Source: Eledone cirrhosa (lineage: Eukaryota). Taken from it: DNA of 64,000 nucleotides. A model generated the notes under the pieces. It was given only the letters and a program-made list of their open reading frames with translations. It searched no databases and was not told the DNA's origin. Of the stretch, positions 39,300 through 54,800 are shown piece after piece (the stretch's first letter is position 1; each line of letters starts with the position of its first letter). The stretch spans positions 439,642,001-439,706,000 of the forward strand of contig OZ024740.1 of the NCBI GenBank assembly GCA_964016885.1, given 5' to 3'. The translations under genes and the position numbers were made by a program.

Positions 39300-40203
39300 T
39301 GTGTGTGTCTGTGTGTGTCTGTGCGTGTCTGTGTGTGTGTGTGTGTGTGTGTATAAGCAGAAGAGATATTCAATTTGTTGGTAATTCAACAAATATAAAT
39401 GTTTATAACTGATTCAGAGCACTCTACAGTTTTTTATACAATGATATTAAATAAATGGAAACTATATTTATAAAACCATATTTATTCTATTATATATATT
39501 TCAAGTGTACCAAAATTTTGGTACGCTATCATCAAATAAAATACGAAGTGTGTTTTATAAATTTTTACATAACCAAGGAGAATATACCTTAACGGTTCAA
39601 GTTTTTCTTGGATACCTGGATAACTTGGATAATGTAATCAGTAACGTAATCCATGATACATTAAAAAAGACGATAATATATATAAACTGCATTAGGAGAA
39701 AATTAGTTACAGAAAATTAGTATGTTTATTTAAGCGATAGCCACCGGAAGTGTTGACATTTGAGAAATTTTAAACAACTGAATCTTTAAATAAACAAAAT
39801 ATATTTAATGAACAGCCACGAAATTTAGTTTGATAAATTATGTAATAGTCATTCATTATTTATTCAAAGTAATTCAACTTTTACAAACGGGATAAAAACA
39901 ATAAACCGTACGCAATCCCGCAGACCTTCCTTTTTTTATAGTTTAGATTATATGAAAGTTGAATAAGAAGTATAACTTCTGTTATTAACATATACTTTGC
40001 CCTTAGACTATCATCTAACTTTTATCTTCTATATTTCATTGTATTAAATATTATAGAAGGTTACATAATGTATTCCTATTACCAGCCTGTCTCTCTGTCA
40101 TTCACTGTTCTCTAGCATTACAGACAGTATATGTATATATATATATATATATATATACACATGTGTGTGTATGTGTGCGTATGTGTTGGTACATGTTTAT
40201 ATT

Positions 40204-40242
<39 letters not shown>

Positions 40243-40249
40243 ATAAGTG

Positions 40250-41300
40250 TGTATACGAGGTCCTGACTCTTTTCCTTTATATATATAGTACCCAGAGTTG
40301 CCTGGGTAGGTAAAATAATATCTGCTTTGATGAAAAGGTGTTGATCTTAGCGACTGCTTCTCGATGACTCATCTATAGCCACACACAGGCGATGCGGGGG
40401 AGGGTGGTGATGACCTCTATCACAGAGAAACGCGGGTGACTAACGAAGGGGCATGCTGGGGGGGGGGGGGGGGGGCGAGGTAATGACCTCTAACACTAAG
40501 CCAAATTTCCTCACGCTACTTGATTGGAAACCGATGAATTCTCAAATACACAACTAAAAGCTCAGACGACGTCAGTGGCCATCATTTTGCATTTGACCAT
40601 GTATAAGATGTGCAATGATAGGTTCTATCGTAGTATAAAAGTTGAACCAAATAAATTGATTTATGTGTGAGGTGGAGCCGAAGTTTCAAATTTGAAAAAA
40701 TCGGTTGAAAAATGTGGGAGCTAGAGCCGAAAAAGCGGAAATTTGAGCGATAAGGTGGTATTTTCGAAAATTAAGCGGCTGCCACGTCGTTCCTGAACAA
40801 AGAATCCAAAATATAAAGCCACTTTAAGACGTGAAATAATCAGATCTAGCGTAGTGTAAAGTTTGAACAAAGTAGGTTGAATAATGTGGGAGCTAGAGCC
40901 GAAAAAGTGGAAATTTGAGTCTAAAAGTGGTATTTCTGAATATTTAAGCTGCTGCCACGCCGTCCCTGAAAGAAAAATGCAAAATATAAAGCGATTACAG
41001 GATGTGCAATGATAAATTCTATTTTGCTTTAAAATTTGAACGAAACGGTAGCAAAATGTGGGAGTTAAAGCCAAAAATCTTATTTTTCGATACGTAAAAA
41101 AAGGTGACCCCCGCTATCGATTTTTATCTGCAGAATGACCCCGGAATAAAAAAAAGGATACGCTGATATATATAGAAAACACTCTCCGATGACTAATCTA
41201 TGAGCCTGTAAAGTTTGTTTCATGAAAATTGGTTGTAAGATGTAAGCCCCTATAGGTAATACACAGACACACAGACACATACTTAATTTTATATATATAC
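40250..41300 (-). mobile_element. Probable non-autonomous Helitron-like element with ~171-bp internal subrepeats; partial inverted copy at ~41378-41800
   Basis: Minus-strand start TATATATAAAATTAAGTATGTGTCTGTGTGTCTGT; subrepeat AATGTGGGAGCTAGAGCC near 40712, 40883 and 41055; subterminal hairpin CCCAG-GCAACG-CTGGG. No clear CTRR end. Confidence 0.5.
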
Positions 41301-41306
41301 ATATAT

Positions 41307-41375
<69 letters not shown>

Positions 41376-41858
41376 AAACGTCGGCTCCACCTCACACATA
41401 AATCAATTTATTTGGTTCAACTTTTATACTACGATAGAACCTATCATTGCACATCTTATACATGGTCAAAGGCAAAATGATGGCCACTGACGTCGTCTGA
41501 GCTTTTAGTTGTGTATTTGAGAATTCATCGGTTTCCAATCAAGTAGCGTGAGGAAATTTGGCTTAGTGTTAGAGGTCATTACCTCCCTCCCCCAGCATGC
41601 CCCTTCGTCAGTCACCCGCGTTTCGCTGTGATAGAGGACATCAACACCCTCCCCCGCATCGCCTGTGTGTGGCTATAGATGAGTCATCGAGAAGCAGTCG
41701 CTATGATCAACACCTTTTCATCAAAGCAGATATTATTTTACCTACCCAGGCAACGCTGGGTACTATATATATAAAGGAAAAGAGTCAGGACCTCGATACA
41801 CACTTCCTTCGTTATATATATATATATATATATTGGCAACATGACCCTCCCAAAGTAT

Positions 41859-41903
<45 letters not shown>

Positions 41904-41918
41904 CATATATATACATAT

Positions 41919-43245
<1,327 letters not shown>

Positions 43246-43268
43246 TATATATATATATATATATATAT

Positions 43269-43388
<120 letters not shown>

Positions 43389-43488
43389 ATATGTATATAT
43401 ATATATACATATATATATAGCGGCGATGAATTAGTTTAGCGAGGTTTTTTATATGAAATCGTGTGTCGAAACAAATATTGTTATACTT

Positions 43489-43958
<470 letters not shown>

Positions 43959-43987
43959 ATATATATGTGTATATATATATATGTATA

Positions 43988-44048
<61 letters not shown>

Positions 44049-44057
44049 ATATGTATA

Positions 44058-44124
<67 letters not shown>

Positions 44125-45584
44125 AAAAAGAGATGAAATCGAAAATTCAACTGGAGTCTTATTTTTTTTTTAAATATATATATTTATTTGGTTTCTTTAC
44201 CGGTTTCGCAGTTCTTCTGCTTTTCAAAAGGTGAGTTGAGATGGAGGGTCTGTGGTTTTTCTCACATCTGGTTGGTCTCTGAATGTTAGTTGTTTTATAT
44301 GGAAAAAGTGGCTCGAAATGCCAGGTTTTTCGAGAAGTAATTTGATTGGTTTGTCAATAATTATAATAAATTTCGCGCCAGTTCGCGTTACAATACTTCT
44401 TCAAATAAGAGGGGGGGGTTGTCACAGGTTGTTTTTTCGTATATGAGCGTTTGAATTTGTTTTTACTTGAAAAAAGGAGGCTCGCGAAGGCTTTTTTTTT
44501 GGTTGGTTATAAATGAAATTATGGCTGTCACGTGAACAAATTTTCAGTAAATGTTTGTGCCCTTATTTGGAAATCCATTCTCTAGCCTTTTTAGAGAATT
44601 TTTTGATAAAAAGATAATGGTCAAGAGAAAGGGATGGGAGAATTGTTCTGGTTCAGTGAATATGGTTAGTTCGCTGGGGTGTCAGAATTCAGATTTTCTA
44701 TTGAATAAAGAAAGTAAAGATATGTGTGTTTATTTGTGTGCTTGTGTGTGTGTGTGCGTGTGTGTGTGTGTGTGTGTGTTTGAATTTCTTTACTTTAGAA
44801 AAAGGTGGCTCACGAAGGCTTTTTTTTTTAATAAACGTGATTTGATTGGTTATAAATGAAATTTGGCTGTCACGTGAACAAGTTTTCATTACATTTTTGC
44901 GCCCTTATTTGGAAAACTATTCTGTAGTCTTTATAGCGAATGTTATGACAATGGACAGATAGTGGTCAAGAGAAAAGGGATTGTTCTGGTTTAGTGAATA
45001 TGGTTAGTTCGCTGGGGTGTCAGAGTTCAGATTTTCTATTGAAGTGAAGATATGTATGTTTATTTGTGTGCTTGTGTGTGTGTATGTGTGTGTGTGTGTA
45101 TGTGTGTATTGGAAGATGATTCTATTAGTAGAAATGGGGGAGGGAGTTGTGTGTGTGTGTATATGGGTGTTATGTGTGTGTGTGCGAGTATGTTAAGATG
45201 GAGAGAATATATATTTTGTGTGTGTGTATATATATGTGTGTAGGAAAGTGGTTCTATTAGTAGAAATGGGGAGGGAGTTGTGGGTGTGGGGGTTGTTATG
45301 TGTGTGTATGGGTGTTATGTGTGTGGGAGTATGGTTAGCATGTTAAAATGAAGAGAATATATATATATATATATTGTGTGTGTGTGTATGTGTGTGTGTA
45401 GGAAAGTGATTCCTTTAGTAGGAATATTTTTGAATGAACATATTTTCCTTACTTATTCGTATTGTCAGTGCAAACGTATGTTAAGGTTTATTTAGTTCGG
45501 GTTTTTATTTTCTAAAGTAGAAGGTGTTATGTGTGTGTGTGTATGTCATATTATGGTGTTGACATAATGTATATTAAACCTTAT

Positions 45585-46200
45585 TTAATGTTGGTCTATA
45601 TTTTTGAATAAACATATTTTCCTTATTCCTAGCATTTGTTCTGTTGTATTGTTAGCGCAAAGGTAAAATGGGAAGACTTGGAATTTGGGTGTCTTATTAC
45701 TTGCGAAAATGTCTAGATGTGCACTTAGTGGTATCTGTCTCGTGGTTGGATCTCGTAATTGTTGGCGATGAACTGTCATTCTGTTTCTGAGTGTGAGTTT
45801 AGTTTGTCCTATATAATCTTCATTGCATCCTTTACATTTAATGGCATAAATTAGATTTTTTGATGAGCAAGTGAAGTGATTTTTTACAGTAAAATTTTGT
45901 CCTGATTTAAATGTATACGTGTTGCCTTCAATGAGGTGAGTGCAGGTTCCACAATTAGAGCGACCACATTTTTTGATACTTGGTTGTGGGTTTGTGGTAG
46001 GTAATTTGGCATTGGTGAGTAATGTTTTCAGTGATTTTGGTTGTCTTTTGCTTTTGATTATTTTGTGTGTTTCAAGGGCTTTTTTCATTCTTGGGTTTTG
46101 TTTTAGTAGTGGGATGTTATTGTGAATAGTGTTGTAAGCTTCCGCATTTCTTGGGTTGTGTGTTGAGATATATGATAGAATATTGGACGTACCTTGAATT
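45585..46200 (-). pseudogene. PLE GIY-YIG endonuclease fragment
   Basis: KCGRSNCGTC, FTCSSKNLIYAIKCKGCNEDYIGQT..LRNRMTVH. Confidence 0.85.
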
Positions 46201-46371
46201 TGTTTCTGTTTCCGAAGGAAGTGTGGTAAGGAACCAGATGGACCATAACGCACCAGAGTACTCAATACTTATGGTAGTAGAGTGGGTAATAGGAAAATGT
46301 TCAAGACCCCGACGGCAGAGCTTAAGCCGTTTCGAGGGCTTGAGCTCTGCCGTCGGGGTCTTGAACATTTT

Positions 46372-46451
<80 letters not shown>

Positions 46452-46454
<3 letters not shown>

Positions 46455-46584
46455 ACGGCCCTTGCCATTCTTATTTCAAATCCCGCCGAGGTTAACTTTG
46501 TCTTTCATCCTCATGGGGTCGATGAAATAAAGTACCAGCAATACACTGGGTAATTGCTGGCCTTGTGCCAAAAGTAGAAACAAT

Positions 46585-46585
<1 letters not shown>
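46452..46585 (+). mobile_element. SINE 3' portion
   Basis: TTCAAATCCCGCCGAGGTTAACTTTGTCTTTCATCC..GGGGTCGAT..AAGTACCAG shared with the copies at 50452 and 59225. Confidence 0.7.
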
Positions 46586-46623
<38 letters not shown>

Positions 46624-47262
46624 ATGTGCGTGTGCATATGTGTGTGTATGAGTGTGTGTATAAGCGTTGTACATGTGTGTATATAAACATAGTATATCAT
46701 ACATAGATATTGTAAAAAAAAGCTAAAGTAATAGTACCATAGTAAATTGAGGCAGAAACTCCTGGGAATTCTGTTAAAATAACTGTAAAAATATTGGATG
46801 TTTTATTTATTTTCCTTTATTTTCCAGCAGCAGGAATGGGTTAGGCTGAGATTTTACTCTCTGATTCTGTTAAATAATTAAAATACTCAAGTATATATCT
46901 TACACATGCTGCCAACAAAGTTAATTTAACTATTTTAAGAGTATCTATAAAGAAGCAACTGATATTTGAAATATTCAATAGTTTATAATAGACGAAATAA
47001 TGATTGCTATATCTAGCAGATTGAACGGCTTCCTTGGGGCCCACTTTTTTCCGAACTCCGATGTTCCAAACTATTCTCTCTCTCTCTCTCTCCGAACTCA
47101 CTCTCTCTCTCTCCTAACTCTCTCTCCGAACTCTATCTCTCTCCGAACTCTCTCCGAACTCTCAACTCTCCATTTCCTGAAGAAGGACGTATGTCCGAAA
47201 CGTGAAACCCTCATCTACTTCTTCCTAAACCTGAAACTAATAAGACCTTCTGGTTGTCTTGT

Positions 47263-47342
<80 letters not shown>

Positions 47343-47564
47343 TAAAATAACAGATTAAAGTTTAAGCAAAGAATCGCTGCTTTCACCCTTAACGTGATCT
47401 TCTGAGTTTCAGAAGATGCCGTTAAGGGTGAAAGCAGCGATTCTTTGCTTAAACTTTAATCTGTTATTTTAATAAATATTTGCTCTATGGTTCTTATATA
47501 TTTGATATATATTTATCCTTATCGAGCCCTCTTTGGATTTTAGTCTTCAAATTTATTATTATTA

Positions 47565-47596
<32 letters not shown>

Positions 47597-48041
47597 CATT
47601 ATGCTGAAAACGTAACACACCAGAGAGAGATATACAGTGCCCTATCAATAAAACAGGGAAAAAACCACCAGTGTAGCTGGACAGTCACTTTTAAAATTCT
47701 CTTAGTGTTGTCTGAAATGTATAGCCTTACACACGCTGATGAACCGAGGTTAACCCATTTCTTTCGACAAATTACTGGTGAAACATATCTTTGGATTAGT
47801 ATCTTTGGATTTGTACGTGTGTTATATAGTTATAGAGGTATTTATTTACGGTTTAATTTATATTTTTAAATATCGTGTCTATAGTCTGCCTTTGAAAGGT
47901 TATAGATTCCATACACTGGTGGTTTTTTTCCCTGTTTTATTGATAGCGCACTGTATATCTCTCTCTGGTGTGTTACCTTTTCAACATATTGTATTTTAAA
48001 GCGCTCAGGATTTCTTCTCCTTTGAGCACATTATTTACAGG

Positions 48042-48092
<51 letters not shown>

Positions 48093-48591
48093 TAAACGGA
48101 ATAGAAAATGCTGACGAATTGTTCACAGTGAAAAATAGTTTAATTAGGAATAAGTGAGAATTAGTAATAGTATTGGTTAGTATTGAGTTTTGGTTCTTAC
48201 TGGTTGCGCATTTCTAATGCTTTTCAAAAATAATTTTGAGATAGAGCGTCCGTCATGTTTGCTCTGATCTGATTAGTTTTGGGAATTCTATCTGTTTTTA
48301 TGTTTAAAAAGTGGCTCCAGCGGTATTAAAATAAGTTTTGCGCCAATTCGTGTTGCAAAAATTCTTGTGGTCAAAACAATTTTGATTGGTCGCTAGAGGT
48401 CATGTGAATGTAAAAAATTGATTTTGCGCCAAATGTAGGTTTGTGTCGGCTGACTGAGAAATAAGTCTTTCACAACTTATATGTGTGTGTGTGTGTAGTA
48501 CTAGTAGTAAAGAGGTTCGTTGTTGTGATAATGGTCAGTAGGGATGTGTGTGCGAACCGCAGCCCGTTGACAGTTCAAATGCCTATTAAGA

Positions 48592-48622
<31 letters not shown>

Positions 48623-48977
48623 AGCAGAGTAATTCGTGGTAGAGGGATGGTCAGTAGGAATGTGTCTGTAAGTGTGTGGGGGATATTTTAACATGTTAAA
48701 AGATATTTTTTCAGCTCTTGTCTTATACGGAGAAGTGTGTGTGTGTGTATTTGTATGTTAATGTACGCGTGTGTATGTGTGTGTGTATATATGTGTGTGT
48801 GTGTGTGAGAGAGAGAATGTGTGTGTGTGTGTGTGTGTGGGTGGACCAGTATTTATTACTGGTAAAATGGTGTACATTATTCGATATTTTCAGTAAAATC
48901 GATTCTCTCAATAGAACATCAAAAACCTTAATAATAAAAGGTGTAAAATGATATATAGTATTGGAATAATACCAAGG

Positions 48978-49260
48978 TGTGTGTGAGTGTGTCCAGATTG
49001 TACGTACTGAAAGGGGGATCCATTAGGCCTTGCCGTATTGGAATACCTGTGCACAAATATGTATCTGGAGTGTGTCCAGAAATTGTATACCTGTGCACAA
49101 ATTGTATACCTGTGCACAAATTGTACACATGTATCTGGAGTGTGTCCAGAAATTGTATACCTGTGCACAAATATGTATCTGGAGTGTGTCCAGATTGTAC
49201 GTACTGCAAGGGGAATTCATTAGGCCTTGCCGTATTGGAATACCTGTGCACAAATATGTA
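48978..49260. repeat. Minisatellite with nested ~20-60 bp units (ATACCTGTGCACAAA / TGGAGTGTGTCCAGA)
   Basis: Directly visible. Confidence 0.85.
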
Positions 49261-49478
49261 TGTGCCCATCAGTGTGCAATGCATGTGTGCGTTTGTGTAT
49301 GTGTGTGTGTCGGCACGTTTATATCTATAGACATCAAAAGGTATGCAAATTTGTGTATATTTGTGTTGCACCATAGAACATGTGTGTTTACGTAAGTCAT
49401 TGTGTTTATATGTTGGTAGAGATGTATGCTGATGTAGGTATGTATGTTGACGTGTGTATGTTGTGGGTTGGGTTCGTC

Positions 49479-49893
49479 TTAGGGAGAAGTGTTTAGACGG
49501 GGTCCGTATTTGTTAATAAAGTGAGATTCCTTGCTGATGCGCTGGGTGTGGGTGGCATTATCTTTAAATTTGGAGAGGGGAAAGATTCTGAAGTTGGGAT
49601 GATTTTGGGCGGCACAGGTATCAATGTGTTTACTCAGTGGTATTTTCCTGTATTCCCGTATTTTAATTTGGGATCTATGGACAGTCATGCGTTGGCGGAG
49701 GCTGTATTTGGTCTGGTCTATGTATTGTTCTCGACAACCTGAGCAAGTTAATACATATATTAGATTTTCTGATGCGCATGTGAAATTGTGTTTTACTATA
49801 AAACGTTGTCCTTCTTTGAAATAGAATTCCGAACCCTCTATTAGGTTGATGCATATGCCACAGTTGGGTCTATCGCATTTTTTTACTGTGGGT
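49479..49893 (-). pseudogene. PLE GIY-YIG fragment
   Basis: MTVHRSQIKIREYRKIPLSKHIDTC..KESHFINKYGPRLN; homologous to 45585-46200. Confidence 0.8.
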
Positions 49894-49993
49894 ATTCCTA
49901 ATTAAAATATTTTTCACTGTGAACAATTTGTCAGCATTTTCTATTCCGTTTACCAATATATCATAACTTGTGTGTTACGCCTCTATTCTTTTA

Positions 49994-50065
<72 letters not shown>

Positions 50066-50100
50066 TATTCATATGCTATGAAGACAAAAACATTCAGTTC

Positions 50101-50102
50101 TA

Positions 50103-50190
<88 letters not shown>

Positions 50191-50212
50191 TTGCTGCTAC
50201 TACTACTACTAT

Positions 50213-50279
<67 letters not shown>

Positions 50280-50298
50280 GCTGCTGCTGTTGCTACTA
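50101..50298. repeat. (TAC)n/(TGC)n microsatellite
   Basis: Directly visible. Confidence 0.95.
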
Positions 50299-50451
50299 AG
50301 AAAAGGCGTAAACGAATAAAGTAGAGTAATGGTTCCGAAGCTCAAGGAAAACCCGATTTCAAGGAATAATTCATTTAAATCTAATATCTTTCTACATTAC
50401 ACTCCATCGTTTTTCACCGGTACTATGTTATTATTATTATATTTTTCTACC

Positions 50452-50640
50452 ATGGAGGGTGGTGGATGGCAGTATCGGTAGAGCGTCTGACGCCATGCTT
50501 TGCAGCAAAGAGTTACGGCCCTTGCCAATCCCGCCGAGGTTAACTTTGCCTTTCATCCTTACGGGGTCGATAAAATAAAGTACCAGTAATACACTGAGAT
50601 AATTGCTGGCCTTGTCTCAAAAGTAGAAACAATTATATTT
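50452..50640 (+). mobile_element. tRNA-derived SINE with conserved central domain
   Basis: A-box-like TGGCAGTATCGGTAGAGCG, eroded B box, central GCCTTTCATCCTTACGGGGTCGATAAAATAAAGTACCAG. Superfamily not verified. Confidence 0.7.
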
Positions 50641-51809
50641 TTCTAGTATCAGACGGAAACTATCTCTTTGTATTCGTGGTAAATATAATCTTCTTGTGTA
50701 GGGTTGTCGGTATTGTTATGAAATACACTCATTAGATCTCCTGTCTAGCCTTACTAATTCATTTAACTTGAAGTTAAGAATATTAAAACTCTACCGTATC
50801 ACTTGACTAGCTCTAGTTTCATACTAATTTCATTATGTTCGACATCTTTCTTTTAAGTAAAAATTGAATACTCTTCTCAAACTTTTTCTTTAATATATAT
50901 CTGCCCGTAACTACGTTTTTGTCTAAATCTCTTATCATTCTTTTAATTTATGATGCTATTGTTTTCTTTTCAATAAAACTTCTTCTAATTATTATTATCG
51001 TTGTTGTTGTTGTTCTTCTTCTTCTTCTTCTTCTTCTTCTTCTTCTTCTTCTTCTTCTGGTGCTTATTCTTGTTATATTTTATACATTTATTTCCATATA
51101 TTTGTAAACACAGTGTACGTGTTGACTACTGAAAAAGGAAAATATCTCTTGCAATCAAGTCTGAAGATATATGATAAAATATACTTTTCTTATGATGTTA
51201 CCAATCCCACGTGAATTGGATTTCTGCGGTGATACATTTTATTTATTATTTAAACTCTTTTTTGGATATACTTTTTCAGAAATTGCACCTAGATTCCTAA
51301 TACCTTTGGTACCCCACCTGTTGTGGCTCACCATATTCTAGAGAATTCTTTTTTAACGTTTCAGTATTTATTTTCGTAAATTAGTTATCGGGGAACATTT
51401 TTAATTTCATAGCCACATTGAATATAAAACTGTAACAATTTTAAGGAAATAATGTCACAATATAAATGGTTGAATCTTCACTAGATGATGCCATTACTGG
51501 CTGTTAATTTTGCTATATATACTCTTGGAAGCTAGTAGTTCTGCAATCTACCAGTAGAATATTTAAGAAATTAAAGTCGTTTTCAATTGACTGACTCTGG
51601 GCCACTAAATGAACAGAGGTTGTTGATTGTGTAAGATATCTTCTTCAGAAGTACAACATAGACTCTAACAGCATCACAGCTAAAATGTGTTGTGACCAAT
51701 ATACTCGCAATTCATTCAGAAGTAGAATCTATTCTATCCTTATACAAACCAGACTCCTGGTAAAAGAAAAATAAGTCTTTAGATCTAAATTCAACAATAT
51801 CTCAGGCTC

Positions 51810-54800
51810 CTACTTTGCTGTGGTTGGACTTCATGTTGCATGTCTTTTGAGCCCTCCTGCTGATTTACACTCTCTACCACATGCTTGGCATGCATGATGA
51901 GTAGCATCTCCAACAGCAGCCTGGAAGTCAACCACTGGTCTTACTTTATGACTGCGAAAATGACTTTCGAGTCCAGCTTTGCTTAGGCAGAGTCTCACAC
52001 AGACGCTGCATGTCAGCGCCATAGGAGGACCTTTGCTGTCTGTAAATGCACCAGCAATGCCCTTTCTCACATCCCTTTTAAGTCTCGTATGCGATTCGAG
52101 ATGCTTCAAAAGCAACTTTCCTCTAATGTACAGCTTTTCTCCATTTACTACAATCACTAGCTACGTTTTCCCATCTATCAGCAAAGATGTTAGCGTATTT
52201 CAAAGAGGCTTTCAAGGAATCCTTATACCTCTCTTTGGTTTATGTGGAGGTCGTTTTCCTTTAACTAACTCTCCATAAATGAGTTGTTTTGGTATTCTAG
52301 AATCCTTCATCCTGGCAAGGTGACCACTCCAACGGAGTCTTTGCTTAAGCACAAGAGCTTCTATACTGTCACACAGAGAGCTTTCCAAAATCTCGACATC
52401 ACTGATGTGATCCCTCCAGTGAACGCTATGGATCTGTCTGAAACACATCTGATGGAAATGCTCCAATTGTTTAAGGTAGTGTCGATATGTGACCCAGGTC
52501 TCGCAGGTATAAAGAACAGAAGAGAGCACACATGCCTTGTAGACCTTTACTGTTGTCTTCTTGCATATGTCTCGCCGACCCCAGAATCGCCTTTCTAGCT
52601 TTCCGAAAGCATCACTTGCTTTCCTAATCCTGGTTGGAATTTCATTATCAAGGTTGCTGTATCGATTAACAGTGCTTCCAACGTAGACAAACTGATCAAC
52701 CACTACAAATCGTTTACTATACACAGATATTTGGCTCACTGTACTGCTTACAAGTGGCAGGTTAGTACATGACGACGGTTTTCTTGAGACTGACAGTCAA
52801 TGCTAGGGCAGTGGAAGCATCAGAAAATGCATTCAAAATATGCTGCATATAAATCTTTGTGTGTGCTACAAGATCACAATCATCTGCATACAAGAGGTCC
52901 CTTATGACAGTGGTAAACACCTTTGTATTTGCAGCAAAGCACCCGATGTTAAATATTCTGCCAGAGATTCAATATTGGGTGTAAACAACATGCTCGCAAT
53001 TCCTGAATGCAATATAGAAAACCATCGCAAAGTATATGGCAAATAGAATCGGTGCTGGAATATCCCCCTATTTCACTCCATGTTTCACAGAGATAGGCTC
53101 TGAATTGATACCTCTGACATTAACCCAAACCTTCATGTCGTCATGAAAAAATCTAACCAAACAAGGAACTTATCAGGGCAACCAAGTTTCTGGAGAACCT
53201 TCCACAATGTAGATCAACGAAAACCTGATACAGATCCAAATCTTGTTCCATGCACTTCTCATGGAGCTGTCTAGCTGAGAAAATCATATCAATAGTGCCA
53301 CGTCCAGCACGAAAACCAGATTGACTTTCAGGAAGAACACAATCTGCAATGTCTGTCAGCAGACGGTCCAGAAGCCCCCTACATAATTTTTTACTACGAC
53401 AGAAAACAATGATATACCTCTGTAGTTTCCACAATCATTCCTGTTACCCTTTCCCTTGTACAAGACCACCATTACTGCATCTCTCCAGTCCTCAGGTAAG
53501 GAGTTACTAGCCCATATCCTGCCAAACAAAGAGTGAAGATGTCGCAGAAGTCTCTTACCACCATATTGTAAGAGCTCTGCATGTATGCAATCCATACATG
53601 GAGACCTTCCATTGTTCAGCTTCTAGATAGCTACTGCAACCTCCACAAGCGTCGGTGGTTCTGTGAGAGCTACTTTCACAGGTTTTTCAGGGATGATATT
53701 GAGGAAATCTTCATTGACGACAGACGGCTGATTCAAAAGTTCATCATAGTGTTCTCGCCACCTTCGCAGAATTCCTTGTGAGTCACGAAGAAGTTCCTTG
53801 CTATCCTTGCTGCGAAGCGGTGTCACCAGAGAAAAAGACGGTCCATAAACTTCACGCAAGAGACTGTACAACAGCTTTGAATCTGATGCAGCTTGTATCT
53901 CATCAGCCTTCTCACTCCACCACTGATCTTTCATCTGAGAAAGACTCCGCCTAACACGTGATTTTACATCCTTGAGTTCCTTATGCAACATGTTCTTCTT
54001 CTGTGGCTTTGCTGCCAAGTAGCGTGACAGAGTACGCCTCTTATCAGCCAACAATTCACCTATATGTTCATCATTTTCTTTAAACCAGTCTTGATGTTTT
54101 CTCTGCCCCAATCCCAGAACACGCCTGCCTACATAAACTGACTTTTTAAGGGTCGGCCAATCCTCACCAATATCTGCAACATTCATTTCTTCTCGCAATG
54201 TCCTCTTTACACTATTATCCCTAAGACGAACAAACAACATTCAATCTTCTGGGCAGGGTAACACCAGGAGCCAGGGTTTTACAGTCTGCGATTAATTTTA
54301 CTTTTGTATGTATCAGGTGGTAATCCGACCAACACTCAGCCCCACGAAGAACACGAACATACTGCACATCCCGTCTGTCACGTCCTCTGACAAGGATGTA
54401 GTCCAGAAGATTCCATTCTTTAGATGCAGGGTGCATCCATGTGGTCTTAAACTTATTCTTTTGCTGAAAAATTGTGTTGGTAACACACAGATCCAGTTCC
54501 TCACACATCTGCAGCAGGAGCATTCCATTGCTGTTTCACTTTCCCACCCAATGCTTCCCGATTACATTCCATGTGCTAAAATCCCTACCCACTCCAGCAT
54601 TAAAGTCACCCAGCCCGATGACCTTGTCTGCCTGAGGCATATTTCTTAAAACACCTTTCAAAGCATGGTAGAAAGACACTTTTTCCTCATCAACAAATTT
54701 CATAGTTGCAGCATACACACTCACCAGGGTTGGATGTCTTCCTTTGTCCAGCGGAATTTTCATGGACATAAGACGTTCACTAATTTCCACTGGGACATCT

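Noticed and set aside
39483-39545. Minus-strand relative of the PLE-A HHR
   Set aside because: Core reads TTGATGA (C3 lost); counted only as degenerate
47173-47207. TTTC-CTGAAGA-AGGAC(GTAT)GTCC-GAAA-CGT-GAAA
   Set aside because: Probably a decayed minimal HHR, but the cleavage nucleotide H17 is missing, so not listed as a feature
47730-47795. CTGATGA-ACC..GGT-GAAA-CATATC
   Set aside because: Core boxes present but stems I and III do not close; at most a decayed HHR
48105-48150. HHR-like CTGACGA-ATTG(TTCA)CAGT-GAAA
   Set aside because: Stem I does not pair convincingly and the other copies read CTGACAA
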